The position numbers and the translations under genes are program-made. A stretch of DNA of 49,837 nt from an uncultured Devosia sp. GTDB taxonomy: Bacteria; Pseudomonadota; Alphaproteobacteria; Rhizobiales; Devosiaceae. Below the pieces are notes generated by a model that did not search any database, was not told where the DNA came from, and saw only the letters and a program-made list of their open reading frames with translations. The stretch spans positions 1 through 49,837 of the forward strand of contig CAXBHD010000001.1 of the NCBI GenBank assembly GCA_963975335.1, given 5' to 3'. Below are positions 8,719 through 17,923 of this stretch, one piece after another. Positions within the stretch are counted from its first letter, which is position 1; every line of letters begins with the position of its first letter.

Positions 8719-9376
8719 AACCAATGCACAGGCCTCTCATCCCGCACCAATGCCCAGCGGCATCGAGGAAATTGGCGGACAGCAGTATATGCGCGACGGC
8801 CGCGGTGCACTGCTTTCGCTCAAAGTGATCAAACCGGCCGACAGGCTGCAGGACGAAATCGTCCGCAAGATCGTCGGCCATGCCCGTGAGCTGTCGGCCC
8901 AGGTCCGACGCTTCAAGGGGCACACATTCGAGGACCTCAGCGCGTTCGACAGCCTGCTGGCCCAGGAATACCAGGTCACGCGCGGCGGCCGGAAAGGCAA
9001 CCGGACCTATATGAGCTTTGACGGCCTGTTCAAGGTACAGGTCGCCATGGCCGACAAGATCGACTTCGGGCCGGAGTTGCAGCAGGCCAAGCCGCTGATA
9101 GATGCATGCCTTACCGAGTGGGTAGCCGAAGGCCGGGACGAAATCCGCGCTCTGGTGACCCGCGCCTTCAATGTCGACCGCGAGGGCCAGATCAACAAGG
9201 CCGAGCTGTTCATGCTGCTGCGGCTGGACTTCACCGATGAACGCTGGCTGCGCGCCATGGACGCCATCCGCGCCGCGATCCGCGTTGTCGGGGCCAAGCA
9301 GTATTTTCGCTTCTACCAGCGCCCGACCACGGATGACGACTGGACATCCATCACCATCGACCTCGCCAAAGCCTAG
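8711..9376 (+). CDS. DUF3164 family protein
   Basis: YMRDGRGAL, GGRKGNRTYMSFDG, AKPLIDACLTEW, RAFNVDREG, W.RAMDAI motifs; GAGGAG RBS. Confidence 0.9.
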   Translation: MPETNAQASHPAPMPSGIEEIGGQQYMRDGRGALLSLKVIKPADRLQDEIVRKIVGHARELSAQVRRFKGHTFEDLSAFDSLLAQEYQVTRGGRKGNRTYMSFDGLFKVQVAMADKIDFGPELQQAKPLIDACLTEWVAEGRDEIRALVTRAFNVDREGQINKAELFMLLRLDFTDERWLRAMDAIRAAIRVVGAKQYFRFYQRPTTDDDWTSITIDLAKA

Positions 9377-9385
9377 GAGGCTGCC

Positions 9386-9658
9386 ATGAACTATGCGTCA
9401 TCATCTGCGGACCTGCATGAGCGGGCCAAGGAGCCGGTACGGGACCACATCACTATCGCCCGCAATGGCTATGCCGGCGAGCTCGACTGCACCGAGCTGG
9501 CGATCAAGATCATCGACCTGCGCATGGAGAATACCGAGCAGGAAATCGCCCGCTTGCGCCGGCTCTATGCCGAGGACCGGCGGGAACTGGAGGGCTTGCT
9601 GCTGGTCAAGCGGGCGGCCAAGCGGGCGGTGGCGGAGCTCGATGGGGTGGCGCCGTGA
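9386..9658 (+). CDS. Hypothetical coiled-coil protein
   Basis: AGGAGG RBS; heptad-rich sequence. Confidence 0.65.
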   Translation: MNYASSSADLHERAKEPVRDHITIARNGYAGELDCTELAIKIIDLRMENTEQEIARLRRLYAEDRRELEGLLLVKRAAKRAVAELDGVAP

Positions 9659-10203
9659 ACGGGGCACGCCGACAGTTCAACTGGACCGAGGAGGCCGTCG
9701 CCGAACTCAAGCGCCGTGCAGCAGAGGGCCAGTCGGCATCCCAGGCTGCCCGGGCCTTGGGGGTCAGTCGCAACGCGGCGCTGGGCAAGGCGCATCGGCT
9801 CGACCCGGTCGTGCATTTCAGCGGCACCGCGCCCATGGCGGGCAACAGCAACCATGGTCGGGAAGGGCGCGCCGCATCGACGCGCCACGTTCGATGCAAG
9901 CCACTCTTGCCGCCGAGCAGCGTCCCGTTGAAGCGAACGACGCCGGCTGTGGCAGAGAAAATGGCCGCGGACTATCGCGCCAGTCCACGGCGCCAGACGG
10001 CCTTCGATCCGGCTTGTGCGCCGGAAGGCGCGCTGCTGGTCGCGCTGCTCGATCTCAAGCCAGGACAATGCCGGTGGCCGCTCTATGAAGACGGCCCCAA
10101 GCTATTCTGCGGCGGCCCGGTGACGACACCGGATCGGCACGGACAACCCGAGACCTATTGCGATCACCATCTGGCGCAGCGGCGACCACAGGTGCCGCTA
10201 TGA
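9655..10203 (+). CDS. gcrA: GcrA-like cell-cycle regulator
   Basis: NWTEEAVAELK...GQSASQAARALGVSRNAALGKAHRL and LLDLKPGQCRWP...FCG...YCDHH. Confidence 0.85.
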   Translation: MNGARRQFNWTEEAVAELKRRAAEGQSASQAARALGVSRNAALGKAHRLDPVVHFSGTAPMAGNSNHGREGRAASTRHVRCKPLLPPSSVPLKRTTPAVAEKMAADYRASPRRQTAFDPACAPEGALLVALLDLKPGQCRWPLYEDGPKLFCGGPVTTPDRHGQPETYCDHHLAQRRPQVPL

Positions 10204-10781
10204 CCACGGCGAAAGGCGGCCGGTTCGGCGCTATTCATGCCATGAAGCGGGAGCTGGGCCTGGACGATGGTAGCTATCGCAGCCTGCTGAAACGCGTCAC
10301 GGGCAAGACATCGCTAAGAGACATGAGCCCGGACGAGCTGGGGCTGGTGGCCGGCACCCTGCGCGACCAGGGCGCCGGCCGTCAGTCCAGGCTTGGTGGA
10401 CCCTATGGCGCCAAGTTACAGGCGCTGTGGATCTCGGGCTGGCAGCTGGGCGTGGTGCACAATCGAGCCAATGCGGCGTTGCTGGCCTTCATCAAGGCGC
10501 AGACCGGCATCGAGCACACACGATTTCTGCGCGACCCCAAGGATGCGCGCAAGGCTGTCGAAGCCCTCAAATCATGGCTCACCCGCGAGGCTGGCGTCGA
10601 CTGGTCGATATCTCCCGACCCGCAGCACTGCGTGATCGCGGCGCAGCTCAGGCTGCTCGCGATGACGGAAGGCGATATGATTGCCCTTGATGGCGGTGCC
10701 GACCTGACGCGGGGCCGCGACCGGCTCGCAGCCATGCAGACGCTTGGCAGCTGCATCCGCGCCAATAGGGGCCGTGCGTAA
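10200..10781 (+). CDS. gemA: GemA / Mu gp16 family regulator
   Basis: IHAMKRELGLDDGSYRSLL..VTGKTSLRDM...KLQALW...VEALKSW. Confidence 0.88.
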   Translation: MTTAKGGRFGAIHAMKRELGLDDGSYRSLLKRVTGKTSLRDMSPDELGLVAGTLRDQGAGRQSRLGGPYGAKLQALWISGWQLGVVHNRANAALLAFIKAQTGIEHTRFLRDPKDARKAVEALKSWLTREAGVDWSISPDPQHCVIAAQLRLLAMTEGDMIALDGGADLTRGRDRLAAMQTLGSCIRANRGRA

Positions 10782-10910
10782 TGGCTGCGTGCCCTGCGGA
10801 CATAGCAGTGTCAGCGCGGCGATCGCCTGCCGCGAAAGGCGCATCAGCGCCATTGTTCTGCAAGACCGACAATAGCGGGCAGCCCCCGCGGGCATTTGAG
10901 GGAGGTACAG

Positions 10911-11180
10911 GTGGACCAAGATGGGACGATGGAGCAGGCAATCATGCAGCAGGCCGATCGCCAGGCCTGGAGCGAGGCCTATCCGCTGCTTTGTCAGGGC
11001 AAGGCACTGGCGCTGTTGGACAGTCTGGACGGCTATGCCGTCGAGCTGGAGCGCGGCATCTTTGGGGCAATGCTGTCGCGCCATTTTGTCGAGGCGCAAC
11101 TGGCCGGCCTTGTGGTGCCGCTTGGCGACGACCGGCTGGGCTGGCGCGGCTTTTACGGCGACGCTGGCGCGAAGCCATAG
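10911..11180 (+). CDS. Hypothetical protein
   Basis: GGGAGG RBS before GTG 10911. Confidence 0.5.
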   Translation: MDQDGTMEQAIMQQADRQAWSEAYPLLCQGKALALLDSLDGYAVELERGIFGAMLSRHFVEAQLAGLVVPLGDDRLGWRGFYGDAGAKP

Positions 11181-11485
11181 CTGACGGCGACCCGACCGAT
11201 CTGGGTGCAATGGGCCGTCTTGGCGGATGCCGACATGGACTCCTGCTGGTAGCGATGGCCATCGGTCATGGTGGACAGTGTGGAGGGGAACGCCATGTCG
11301 TCAGCGGCGACCTTGGCCTCAATGAAGGCAGCGATGGCCGCCTGGTCAAAGTCAAAGCCACAAAAATCCTCCGCTGCCAGAACGGAGCCCAGCTGGCTGG
11401 CCAGCATCATGCTGTCAACATCGCTCTGGGCATGGGTCTGGGCGGGCATAGCAAGCAGCAGGGCGGCGAACAGGTATGGGCGCAT
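11153..11485 (-). CDS. Small secreted protein (moron), two Cys
   Basis: Signal peptide MRPYLFAALLLAMPAQTHA-Q; GGAGG RBS; antisense to phage operons. Confidence 0.7.
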   Translation of the reverse strand: MRPYLFAALLLAMPAQTHAQSDVDSMMLASQLGSVLAAEDFCGFDFDQAAIAAFIEAKVAADDMAFPSTLSTMTDGHRYQQESMSASAKTAHCTQIGRVAVSYGFAPASP

Positions 11486-11591
11486 TGGCTCCTCCGGTCC
11501 GCCCACTTTAACGGCAGGTCCGCTTGATGAACAGGCCAGGCCATCATGTCGGGCGCGGATGCCCGTTTGGCGGTCGGCGGGAGCGACGGCA

Positions 11592-11951
11592 TTGACAGCG
11601 GCGCTGACAGTGCCGGCGCATGTGCAGCCCTATGTCGAGGTCCTGGGCCTGGAACTGACCGTCGCCCTGCTGCTGGAATGCGGCGGTGCACCGCTCTATC
11701 TGCCCGACACAAGGGGGCTGGACGACAGCCGTATCGTACAGGTGCTGGGCAAGGACAGGGCCCTGGCTTTGGGCAGGCATTTCGGGCGGGGCCTGGTCAA
11801 GGTGCCGCTGGCCAAGTCCTTTATTGCTGCCTACTATTTGAGTCAGAATGTGCCGGTCGTGGAGATTGCCCGGCTGCTGCATGTCGACCGCAGCACGGTG
11901 CAGCGTTGGCTGCCCGACCGTCCGGGCCGGCAGCTGTCCCTCTTCGACTGA
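11592..11951 (+). CDS. Mor/C-like late transcription activator
   Basis: GGAPLYLP motif, C-terminal HTH (VVEIARLLHVDRSTVQRWL), QLSLF tail; immediately upstream of lysis genes. Confidence 0.8.
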   Translation: MTAALTVPAHVQPYVEVLGLELTVALLLECGGAPLYLPDTRGLDDSRIVQVLGKDRALALGRHFGRGLVKVPLAKSFIAAYYLSQNVPVVEIARLLHVDRSTVQRWLPDRPGRQLSLFD

Positions 11952-11954
11952 CGC

Positions 11955-12000
11955 TGCCGCATAGGCGGCAAGGCTATCCATCCCGAAAATCGGCGACTTT
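11955..12000 (+). promoter_or_regulatory. Putative activator-dependent late promoter (lysis operon)
   Basis: TGCCG-N5-GCGGCAA-N-GCTA at 11955-11976, shared with 30740-30761; -10-like GACTTT 11995-12000. Confidence 0.65.
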
Positions 12001-12030
12001 GGAGGCATCCCGTCAGTCGAGGTGCCCGCC

Positions 12031-12831
12031 ATGGTCGCTGCCAATGCCAATACCAGCACCGCCTTCCAGCGGTGCCACCCCAAAACCGCCCAATGGGAGG
12101 GCGGCTGGAGCAACCACAAGGACGATCCGGGTGGGCCGACAATGGGCGGCGTCACGCAGCCGGTATTTGACGAATTCAACGACCGGCATGGCAGGCCGCG
12201 CCGACCGGTGGCAGCGATCACCCGATTGGAGGCCGAGCGGCTGTTTTTCGAGCAGTTCTGGCTCAAGGCGGGCTGCGACAGTCTGTTTCCCGGGGTGGAC
12301 CTGGCGACCTATGATGCCGCGGTCAATTCTGGTGTATCGCGCGGCCGCAAATGGCTGCTGGCCTCGCTGGACCCCGCCAACGACCACGCAAAAACAGTCA
12401 AGAACATTTGCAGCAAGCGCCTGGGCTTCGTGCAAACGCTCAAGATCTGGCAGACCTTTGGCAAGGGCTGGAGCAACCGCATTGCCGATATCGAGGCGAC
12501 CGGCGTGGCCTGGGCGCTGGCGGCGATGAGTGCCAGTGACAAGGCAAGGGTCGTGACTGCGCTGCGCGACGAGCAGGACTCGGCGCGGAAAATAGCTGCC
12601 AACCAGACAAAGGGCGCCGCGACCTCGGGTGTGAGCGGCACTGGCGCTGGCGCGGGTCTGACGGTGGACCCGGCCCATATCGACCAAGCGGCCGCCTGGC
12701 TGCTGGGCGGCCTGATGGTCGCTGGTCTGCTGCTGGGCGGGTATCTGCTGGTGCGCGTCATCATCAACCGGCAGCGCGCCCATGCCTATGACCGCGCGGC
12801 CGAAAGCGCCGTCCTTACCGGAGCGGTCTGA
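12031..12831 (+). CDS. Endolysin, glycoside hydrolase family 108, with C-terminal TM segment
   Basis: EGGWSNHKDDPGGPT.GGVT, DAAVNSG, FGKGWSNR. Confidence 0.9.
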   Translation: MVAANANTSTAFQRCHPKTAQWEGGWSNHKDDPGGPTMGGVTQPVFDEFNDRHGRPRRPVAAITRLEAERLFFEQFWLKAGCDSLFPGVDLATYDAAVNSGVSRGRKWLLASLDPANDHAKTVKNICSKRLGFVQTLKIWQTFGKGWSNRIADIEATGVAWALAAMSASDKARVVTALRDEQDSARKIAANQTKGAATSGVSGTGAGAGLTVDPAHIDQAAAWLLGGLMVAGLLLGGYLLVRVIINRQRAHAYDRAAESAVLTGAV

Positions 12832-13388
12832 TGGATCTGACCAGCCTTCTCATCGGAATGGCGGCAGAGGTCGGCGCGCCGCTCGTCAAAGACATACTCG
12901 ACAACAAGATCGGTGGCGGCAGCGGCAAGCTGGCCGAGACGGTGATCAAGTCGGTTGCCACCAGTGCCGGCACCACGCCGGCGCAATTGCCCGAACTGGC
13001 GGCCGGCAAGCCGGCCGTGGTCAAAGCGGCCATCGAGAAGGCCGAGAGCATAGCGCCCGAACTGATCGCGCTCTACACCGCCGGGCTGGAAGGCCAGTTC
13101 AAGTTGCTGCTGGCCGAAAGCGCCGAAGGCCCGCTGCAATCGGGCTGGCGCTGGGGCTGGATGTATCTGCTGGGCCTGTTCTGGGCCTTCTATGTCCTGA
13201 TCTTCCCCATCGTTAATGCGCTCCTAGAGGCGACGGGCAGCGTCGTCCAGGTCAAAACGCTGGAAGCAGCGATCCTGCTGACGCTCACCTCCTGGTTCAT
13301 CGCGCTCTATATGGGCGGCCACACGATCAAGGAACTGGGCAAGAGCGCCATTGACGCGGTCCGCAGCTGGAAGGGCGGGCCGGGCTGA
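12831..13388 (+). CDS. Putative holin (3TM/GTA-holin-like)
   Basis: WRWGWMY, TM segments, YMGGHTIK; follows the lysin. Confidence 0.65.
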   Translation: MDLTSLLIGMAAEVGAPLVKDILDNKIGGGSGKLAETVIKSVATSAGTTPAQLPELAAGKPAVVKAAIEKAESIAPELIALYTAGLEGQFKLLLAESAEGPLQSGWRWGWMYLLGLFWAFYVLIFPIVNALLEATGSVVQVKTLEAAILLTLTSWFIALYMGGHTIKELGKSAIDAVRSWKGGPG

Positions 13389-13717
13389 TGACCTTTCTTG
13401 ACCTGGTTCCCTGGCTCTCCGGCGCGTCGCTGATCATCGCGCTCGGCACCACGCTCTGGAACATCTTCACCGGCCCGGCGGCCAAGCTGGCCAAGGTCAT
13501 CGAGAAGGTGGACGAGCGGGTCGATGGGCTGGAACGGGTCCAGCTCGCGCACGCTGCGCAGTTGGAGCAGCTGCCCGACAAGGACAGCCTGCACGAGCTG
13601 CAGATCGTGGTGGAGCGGATGAATTCCGATATTCGCGTGATGGGCGAGACACTCAAGGGGGTCAGAGAAATCAGCAACCTGATGCGCGACTGGCTGCTGG
13701 AAAAGGGCGTCAAATGA
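13388..13717 (+). CDS. DUF2730-like membrane/coiled-coil protein (Mu gp25 position)
   Basis: N-terminal TM, coiled coil, LP..D.LHEL motif. Confidence 0.7.
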   Translation: MTFLDLVPWLSGASLIIALGTTLWNIFTGPAAKLAKVIEKVDERVDGLERVQLAHAAQLEQLPDKDSLHELQIVVERMNSDIRVMGETLKGVREISNLMRDWLLEKGVK

Positions 13718-14019
13718 GCGAGGACTTCCGGCTCTATGAAGCCCAGCGCATCCGCTATCTGCTGCTGCTCGAACTCAGCCACCAGCCCAGCGGCAGCTGG
13801 ACCCTGTCCATGCTGACCAAGGCCATGCGGGCGCGCGGCTATCAGAAACTGCCCGACTTTCTCCTCAACCAGTTGCAATGGCTCGAGAGCGAATGCCTGG
13901 CGGTTCGCCTGGTGCCGGCCAATGACGAGACCGTGGTGAAACTGCGCGGCGCCGGGCGCCACCATGTCGACGGGACGCTGCTCCTGCACGGCGTCGATCG
14001 ACCCGATGACGAGGCCTGA
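13714..14019 (+). CDS. Mu gp26-like winged-helix protein
   Basis: R..LL.EL...L.WLE...G...V.G.....GV.RP pattern; position. Confidence 0.65.
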   Translation: MSEDFRLYEAQRIRYLLLLELSHQPSGSWTLSMLTKAMRARGYQKLPDFLLNQLQWLESECLAVRLVPANDETVVKLRGAGRHHVDGTLLLHGVDRPDDEA

Positions 14020-14021
14020 CC

Positions 14022-14621
14022 ATGGCAAGCCGCCGCGGCCGGGGTCGCCTCAACGCCTTTGAAGGCCTGCCACCCGAATGCGACCCGTTGATCGCCAGAG
14101 CGGCCGAGGCGCTGCGCGATCGCGACCGGACCCAGCTCGACATCTATGACGAGTTCTTTGCCGGCTGCCAGGCGCTGCAGGCTGAGCATCACGGCGAGCT
14201 GGAATTTGCCATTCCGTCGAAATCGGCCTTTAACCGCTTTTCAATCCGCTTGGCCACCATGACCCGACGCCTGGAAGAGACCCGGGAAATCGCCGGGGCC
14301 ATCTCCAGGCGCTTTGACGCCGAGGCCAGCGATGACCTGACCCTGATCGCGGCCGAGGCGATCAAGACACTGGTCTGGGAAGTGCTCACCGCTGCCGGCG
14401 AGCATGGCATCGACCCCAAGGGGGCCATGAGTCTGGCCAATGCGCTGCGCTCGGCGGTGCAGGCGCAGGGCATTTCGACACGGCGCCGGCAGCAGGTGGA
14501 GAGCGAGTTTGCGGAAAAGGCCAAGCAGGCTGTCGGCGCCGCCGCCAGGGCCAAGGGCCTGACCGAGGCGACGGCGCAACAGATCCTCGGGCAGATCCTG
14601 GGCGTCGAGGTCAAGCAGTGA
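14022..14621 (+). CDS. DUF3486 / Mu gp27-like (probable small terminase)
   Basis: RGRGRL..LP, PSKSAFNR, ILG C-terminus; upstream of terL. Confidence 0.85.
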   Translation: MASRRGRGRLNAFEGLPPECDPLIARAAEALRDRDRTQLDIYDEFFAGCQALQAEHHGELEFAIPSKSAFNRFSIRLATMTRRLEETREIAGAISRRFDAEASDDLTLIAAEAIKTLVWEVLTAAGEHGIDPKGAMSLANALRSAVQAQGISTRRRQQVESEFAEKAKQAVGAAARAKGLTEATAQQILGQILGVEVKQ

Positions 14622-14893
14622 CTGGCAGGGTGGAAAGCCGCTGCTGTGTGCCCGGCTGCAGTGCCAAAGTGGAGCTGATGCAGTTGCGCCTGGCTTGCGG
14701 GCCGCTCGATGTCACCGAGGGACTGTGCGCCGAGCACCTGGCGCTGGTGGCGCCGGACCGGCTGACACTGTTGCGGGCGGCGCGGCTGGAGCTGGCCTCA
14801 TCGCCAGGGCTGGCCGAGATCGTGCTGTTTGTTCGGGCTTGGGAGGCCGTCAAGATGAGCGCGGCGGAGCGGGATCTTGGGAGGGCGGCGTGA
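14618..14893 (+). CDS. Hypothetical Cys-rich protein
   Basis: GTGA-coupled; CCVPGC...C..H. Confidence 0.55.
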   Translation: MTGRVESRCCVPGCSAKVELMQLRLACGPLDVTEGLCAEHLALVAPDRLTLLRAARLELASSPGLAEIVLFVRAWEAVKMSAAERDLGRAA

Positions 14894-14919
14894 GGTCCGT
14901 ATCCCAGCGCAGATCCCGA

Positions 14920-15198
14920 TCAGGTCGTTTGCCCGCTTTCAGTCAGCTCGGTCTCGATCTGGCTCACCACGTCCTCAATTTTCGCGACTGCGTAGCGGGG
15001 GGTAAGCGCCTGGCGCACCGATCCTGCAACAGTACCGAATTCCTTCGCATCCAGCTTACCGCCGATGGTTGCGAGCCATTGGGGTATCGTCATGCCATTG
15101 CCAATGGTGACGCCCCCGCCACCGGCTTGACGAAGCGCTGCTACTTCTCGCAGGGCGACGTGCACGCCTTCTTCGAAAGCTTGGTCAAGTTCAGCCAT
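14920..15198 (-). CDS. Hypothetical protein (moron)
   Basis: GAGG RBS; antisense insert between gp27 region and terL. Confidence 0.6.
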   Translation of the reverse strand: MAELDQAFEEGVHVALREVAALRQAGGGGVTIGNGMTIPQWLATIGGKLDAKEFGTVAGSVRQALTPRYAVAKIEDVVSQIETELTESGQTT

Positions 15199-15269
15199 AG
15201 CGTTTCCTCACAGCTGGCGACAAGCGAGTGTGGCACTTTCATGGTGCGCCGACAATCGCGGGCGCTCGG

Positions 15270-16937
15270 ATGAGCGCGCCCTTCACCAAAGAGCAATGGG
15301 CCGAGATCCGGCGCGCTTCGACCGAGGCCGTGCCGGCGATCATTGCCGAGTTGGGTCTGCCCAAGGCGCTGCTAAGCTATCAGGCCGGCGTGGTGCGCGA
15401 GCTGGAACAGGTCTCGACCCGCGTCCTGGTCATCGAGAAATCGCGCCGCATCGGGCTGACCTGGGGGCTGGCCTCCTATGCCGTGCTGCGGGCGGCACGG
15501 ACGAAAGCGGCCGGCGGCATGGACGCGATGTATATTTCCTATTCCCAGGAGATGACGCGCGAATTCATCGACGCCTGCGCCATGTGGGCCCGCGCCTTCA
15601 ACCATGGGGCACTGGAGGCCGAAGAATTCCTGTTCGACGACAGCGACGAGACCGGCGATAGATCCATCACCGCCTTCCGCATCAGGTTTGCGTCAGGCTT
15701 TGAAATCCTGGCGCTGAGTTCGGCGCCGCGCACGCTGCGCGGCAAGCAGGGCCTGGTCATCATCGACGAGGCCGCCTTTGTCGACAGCCTCAAGGAACTG
15801 CTCAAGGCGGCTCTGGCCTTCCTGATGTGGGGCGGCCAAGTGGTGGTCTGCTCGACCCATGACGGGGCGGAGAATTATTTCAACGAGCTGGTGCAGGACA
15901 TATTGGGCGGCCGCAGCAAGTTTGGCCATATCCGCATCGACTTCGACCAGGCGCTGCGCGAAGGCCTTTACCAGCGCATCTGTCTCGTACGCGGGGTGGA
16001 CTGGACGCCCGAAGGTGAGGCCGACTGGCGGCAGGAGATCATCGACTATTACGGCGATGGCGCCGACGAGGAACTGTTCTGCATTCCCGCCCAGGGCTCG
16101 GGCACCTGGCTGCCGGCGCCGCTGATCGAGGCGCGGATGACCAGCACCGCAACATGCCTGCGCCTGGAGCTGCCGGGCAACTACCTGCACCTGCCCGAGC
16201 TGACGCGGCAAAGCCTGATGCGGCCTTTTATGGACCAGCTCGAGGCCGAGCTGGACCGGATCGATCTGACCCTGTTCTACGGCTTTGGCTTCGACTTCGG
16301 CCGGGTGGCCGACGTCTCCACCGGCTGCCTGCTGGGTCTCGAGGCAATGGTGCGGCGGCGCGAGGCGCTGAGTTTCGAGCTGCGCAATGTGCCGGGCGAC
16401 GAGCAGAAAATGATTACCCGCACGGTGCTGAACCATGTGCGGGAGCGCCTGCTGGGCGCGGCCTTTGACGCCACCGGCATGGGCTGGACGGTGGCCGAGG
16501 ATATGGGCCGGCTGTTCGGGCTCTATGACAAGACGCACAACGAGACCGGCCTGGTGCGCGCCATCAAATTCACCGAGGAATGGTACCGACTCGAAATGCC
16601 GCCGCTCAAGGTGCATTTCGAGGACGATGCCATCGCCATCGGTCGGGACGCTGAACACCTCAGCGACCTGCGGCTAATCAAGCTGGTGCGCGGTGTGCCG
16701 CGCGTGCCCGACCTGCGCCAGGGCAGCGAGGGCAAGAAGCGGCACGGCGACTATGCCATTGCCCTGGCGCTGGCGGACTTTGCCACGCGCCTGGCCTGGC
16801 ACGAATATGATTATCAGCCGGCGCCCGGCCCGATCGGCCGCAACAGTCCTGGTGCCAGCGCCTTCGACGATCCCGACTTTGTCGAGGTCAATCTTTACCG
16901 CTCGCCATTGGGCGCACAGATCCGTGGAGGCATGTGA
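15270..16937 (+). CDS. terL: Terminase large subunit (Mu gp28-like)
   Basis: LLSYQ, EKSRRIGLTW, IIDEAAF, GFDFGR, DATGMG, HGDYAIA. Confidence 0.95.
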   Translation: MSAPFTKEQWAEIRRASTEAVPAIIAELGLPKALLSYQAGVVRELEQVSTRVLVIEKSRRIGLTWGLASYAVLRAARTKAAGGMDAMYISYSQEMTREFIDACAMWARAFNHGALEAEEFLFDDSDETGDRSITAFRIRFASGFEILALSSAPRTLRGKQGLVIIDEAAFVDSLKELLKAALAFLMWGGQVVVCSTHDGAENYFNELVQDILGGRSKFGHIRIDFDQALREGLYQRICLVRGVDWTPEGEADWRQEIIDYYGDGADEELFCIPAQGSGTWLPAPLIEARMTSTATCLRLELPGNYLHLPELTRQSLMRPFMDQLEAELDRIDLTLFYGFGFDFGRVADVSTGCLLGLEAMVRRREALSFELRNVPGDEQKMITRTVLNHVRERLLGAAFDATGMGWTVAEDMGRLFGLYDKTHNETGLVRAIKFTEEWYRLEMPPLKVHFEDDAIAIGRDAEHLSDLRLIKLVRGVPRVPDLRQGSEGKKRHGDYAIALALADFATRLAWHEYDYQPAPGPIGRNSPGASAFDDPDFVEVNLYRSPLGAQIRGGM

Positions 16938-16984
16938 TGCGGTCAGGTTTGTTTAACGCCAGTTTGCCAGCTAGAGCGCGCCAG

Positions 16985-17611
16985 TCACGACGTTGTCCTA
17001 TTTCTAAGTGCCTCGCGCAAGTTAGCGAGTGCAGCCTCAATTTCCTCTATTCGCTCGGGCCGAATGTCGTCGATCAACTCAAGCAAACGGCCGTGCTTGG
17101 CCGCCGAGAATCGCGCCCGTGCGGCCATGACTGGGAACTTGGGGTTAGCCATGGCTTCGTGGAGACGAGCCTCCATTTCTTCTTGGTTTCGGCGCCCTTT
17201 CGACAGCACGGTTTTCAGAAATTCCGGCCGAACATTGGGAGCAGGGCGAAGGACATTTGGACGAGGAGTGTCTCCCGAGTCCTTGCCTGTCTCGGTCAGA
17301 AGAGCTGCAAAAAGCTCTGCGGCCTCCTCCAGATCTTCTTTGTTGGTATTTTGGCCCGGCTCAGACGACCAGGCAGATATCAAGGCGTCGCGGGCAACTA
17401 TGTGCCTCCAGAGATCAGTGAGATCCGTATTTTCTGTTGGGCCACCCGCATCGTCAGCTGGTCGGGCCGTTGGGGAAAAAGCGTCGGCTTCTGCTGTTTC
17501 GGCGGAGGGCTCCACCAAAACTGGCCGGCGTCGGAGCATGATCGGGAACACCGCAATAGCCAGAACAACGATGAAGGGCCAGGCAAGAACCGCCAGAAGC
17601 TCCATGCTCAT
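16985..17611 (-). CDS. Membrane-anchored hypothetical protein (moron)
   Basis: N-terminal TM LLAVLAWPFIVVLAIAVFPIML; ATGA-coupled to the upstream small gene. Confidence 0.65.
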   Translation of the reverse strand: MSMELLAVLAWPFIVVLAIAVFPIMLRRRPVLVEPSAETAEADAFSPTARPADDAGGPTENTDLTDLWRHIVARDALISAWSSEPGQNTNKEDLEEAAELFAALLTETGKDSGDTPRPNVLRPAPNVRPEFLKTVLSKGRRNQEEMEARLHEAMANPKFPVMAARARFSAAKHGRLLELIDDIRPERIEEIEAALANLREALRNRTTS

Positions 17612-17829
17612 TGGTCGATCATCCGCAGCGCAACCTGGTGGATTATGCACGCCAAAAACAGCCAGAATCCCGAGCCAAGTAGCACATTCGTGAGGGAGCT
17701 ATCAGCGAACTTCAAGTCTTGGAGGGACCATCCAACGAAAGGCGCCACTGCTGACCCAGCGGCAAGTGCGGCAGATATATTGCTGAGCCAAGTCGCTGTC
17801 ATGCGAGCTCGTCCGTCACCCTTTTCCAA
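17608..17829 (-). CDS. Small two-TM membrane protein (moron)
   Basis: Two hydrophobic helices; GGAG before TTG 17829 (start uncertain). Confidence 0.6.
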   Translation of the reverse strand: MEKGDGRARMTATWLSNISAALAAGSAVAPFVGWSLQDLKFADSSLTNVLLGSGFWLFLACIIHQVALRMIDQ

Positions 17830-17923
17830 AACTGTCACTCCACAACATCGTTCTTCAAAAACACTAAGGCAATGGGGCTTTTTCAACAAGCTTGCGCTTG
17901 TCTAGCAAATCCGTGGGGCATCT

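Noticed and set aside
10781-11527. 248-aa plus-strand ORF after gemA
   Set aside because: Gly/Arg-rich junk-like translation overlapping two better ORFs that have RBSs
16934-17905. 323-aa plus-strand ORF bridging terL and portal
   Set aside because: Unnatural composition; the minus strand carries two coupled, membrane-protein-like ORFs. Not fully excluded because it starts at the terL stop
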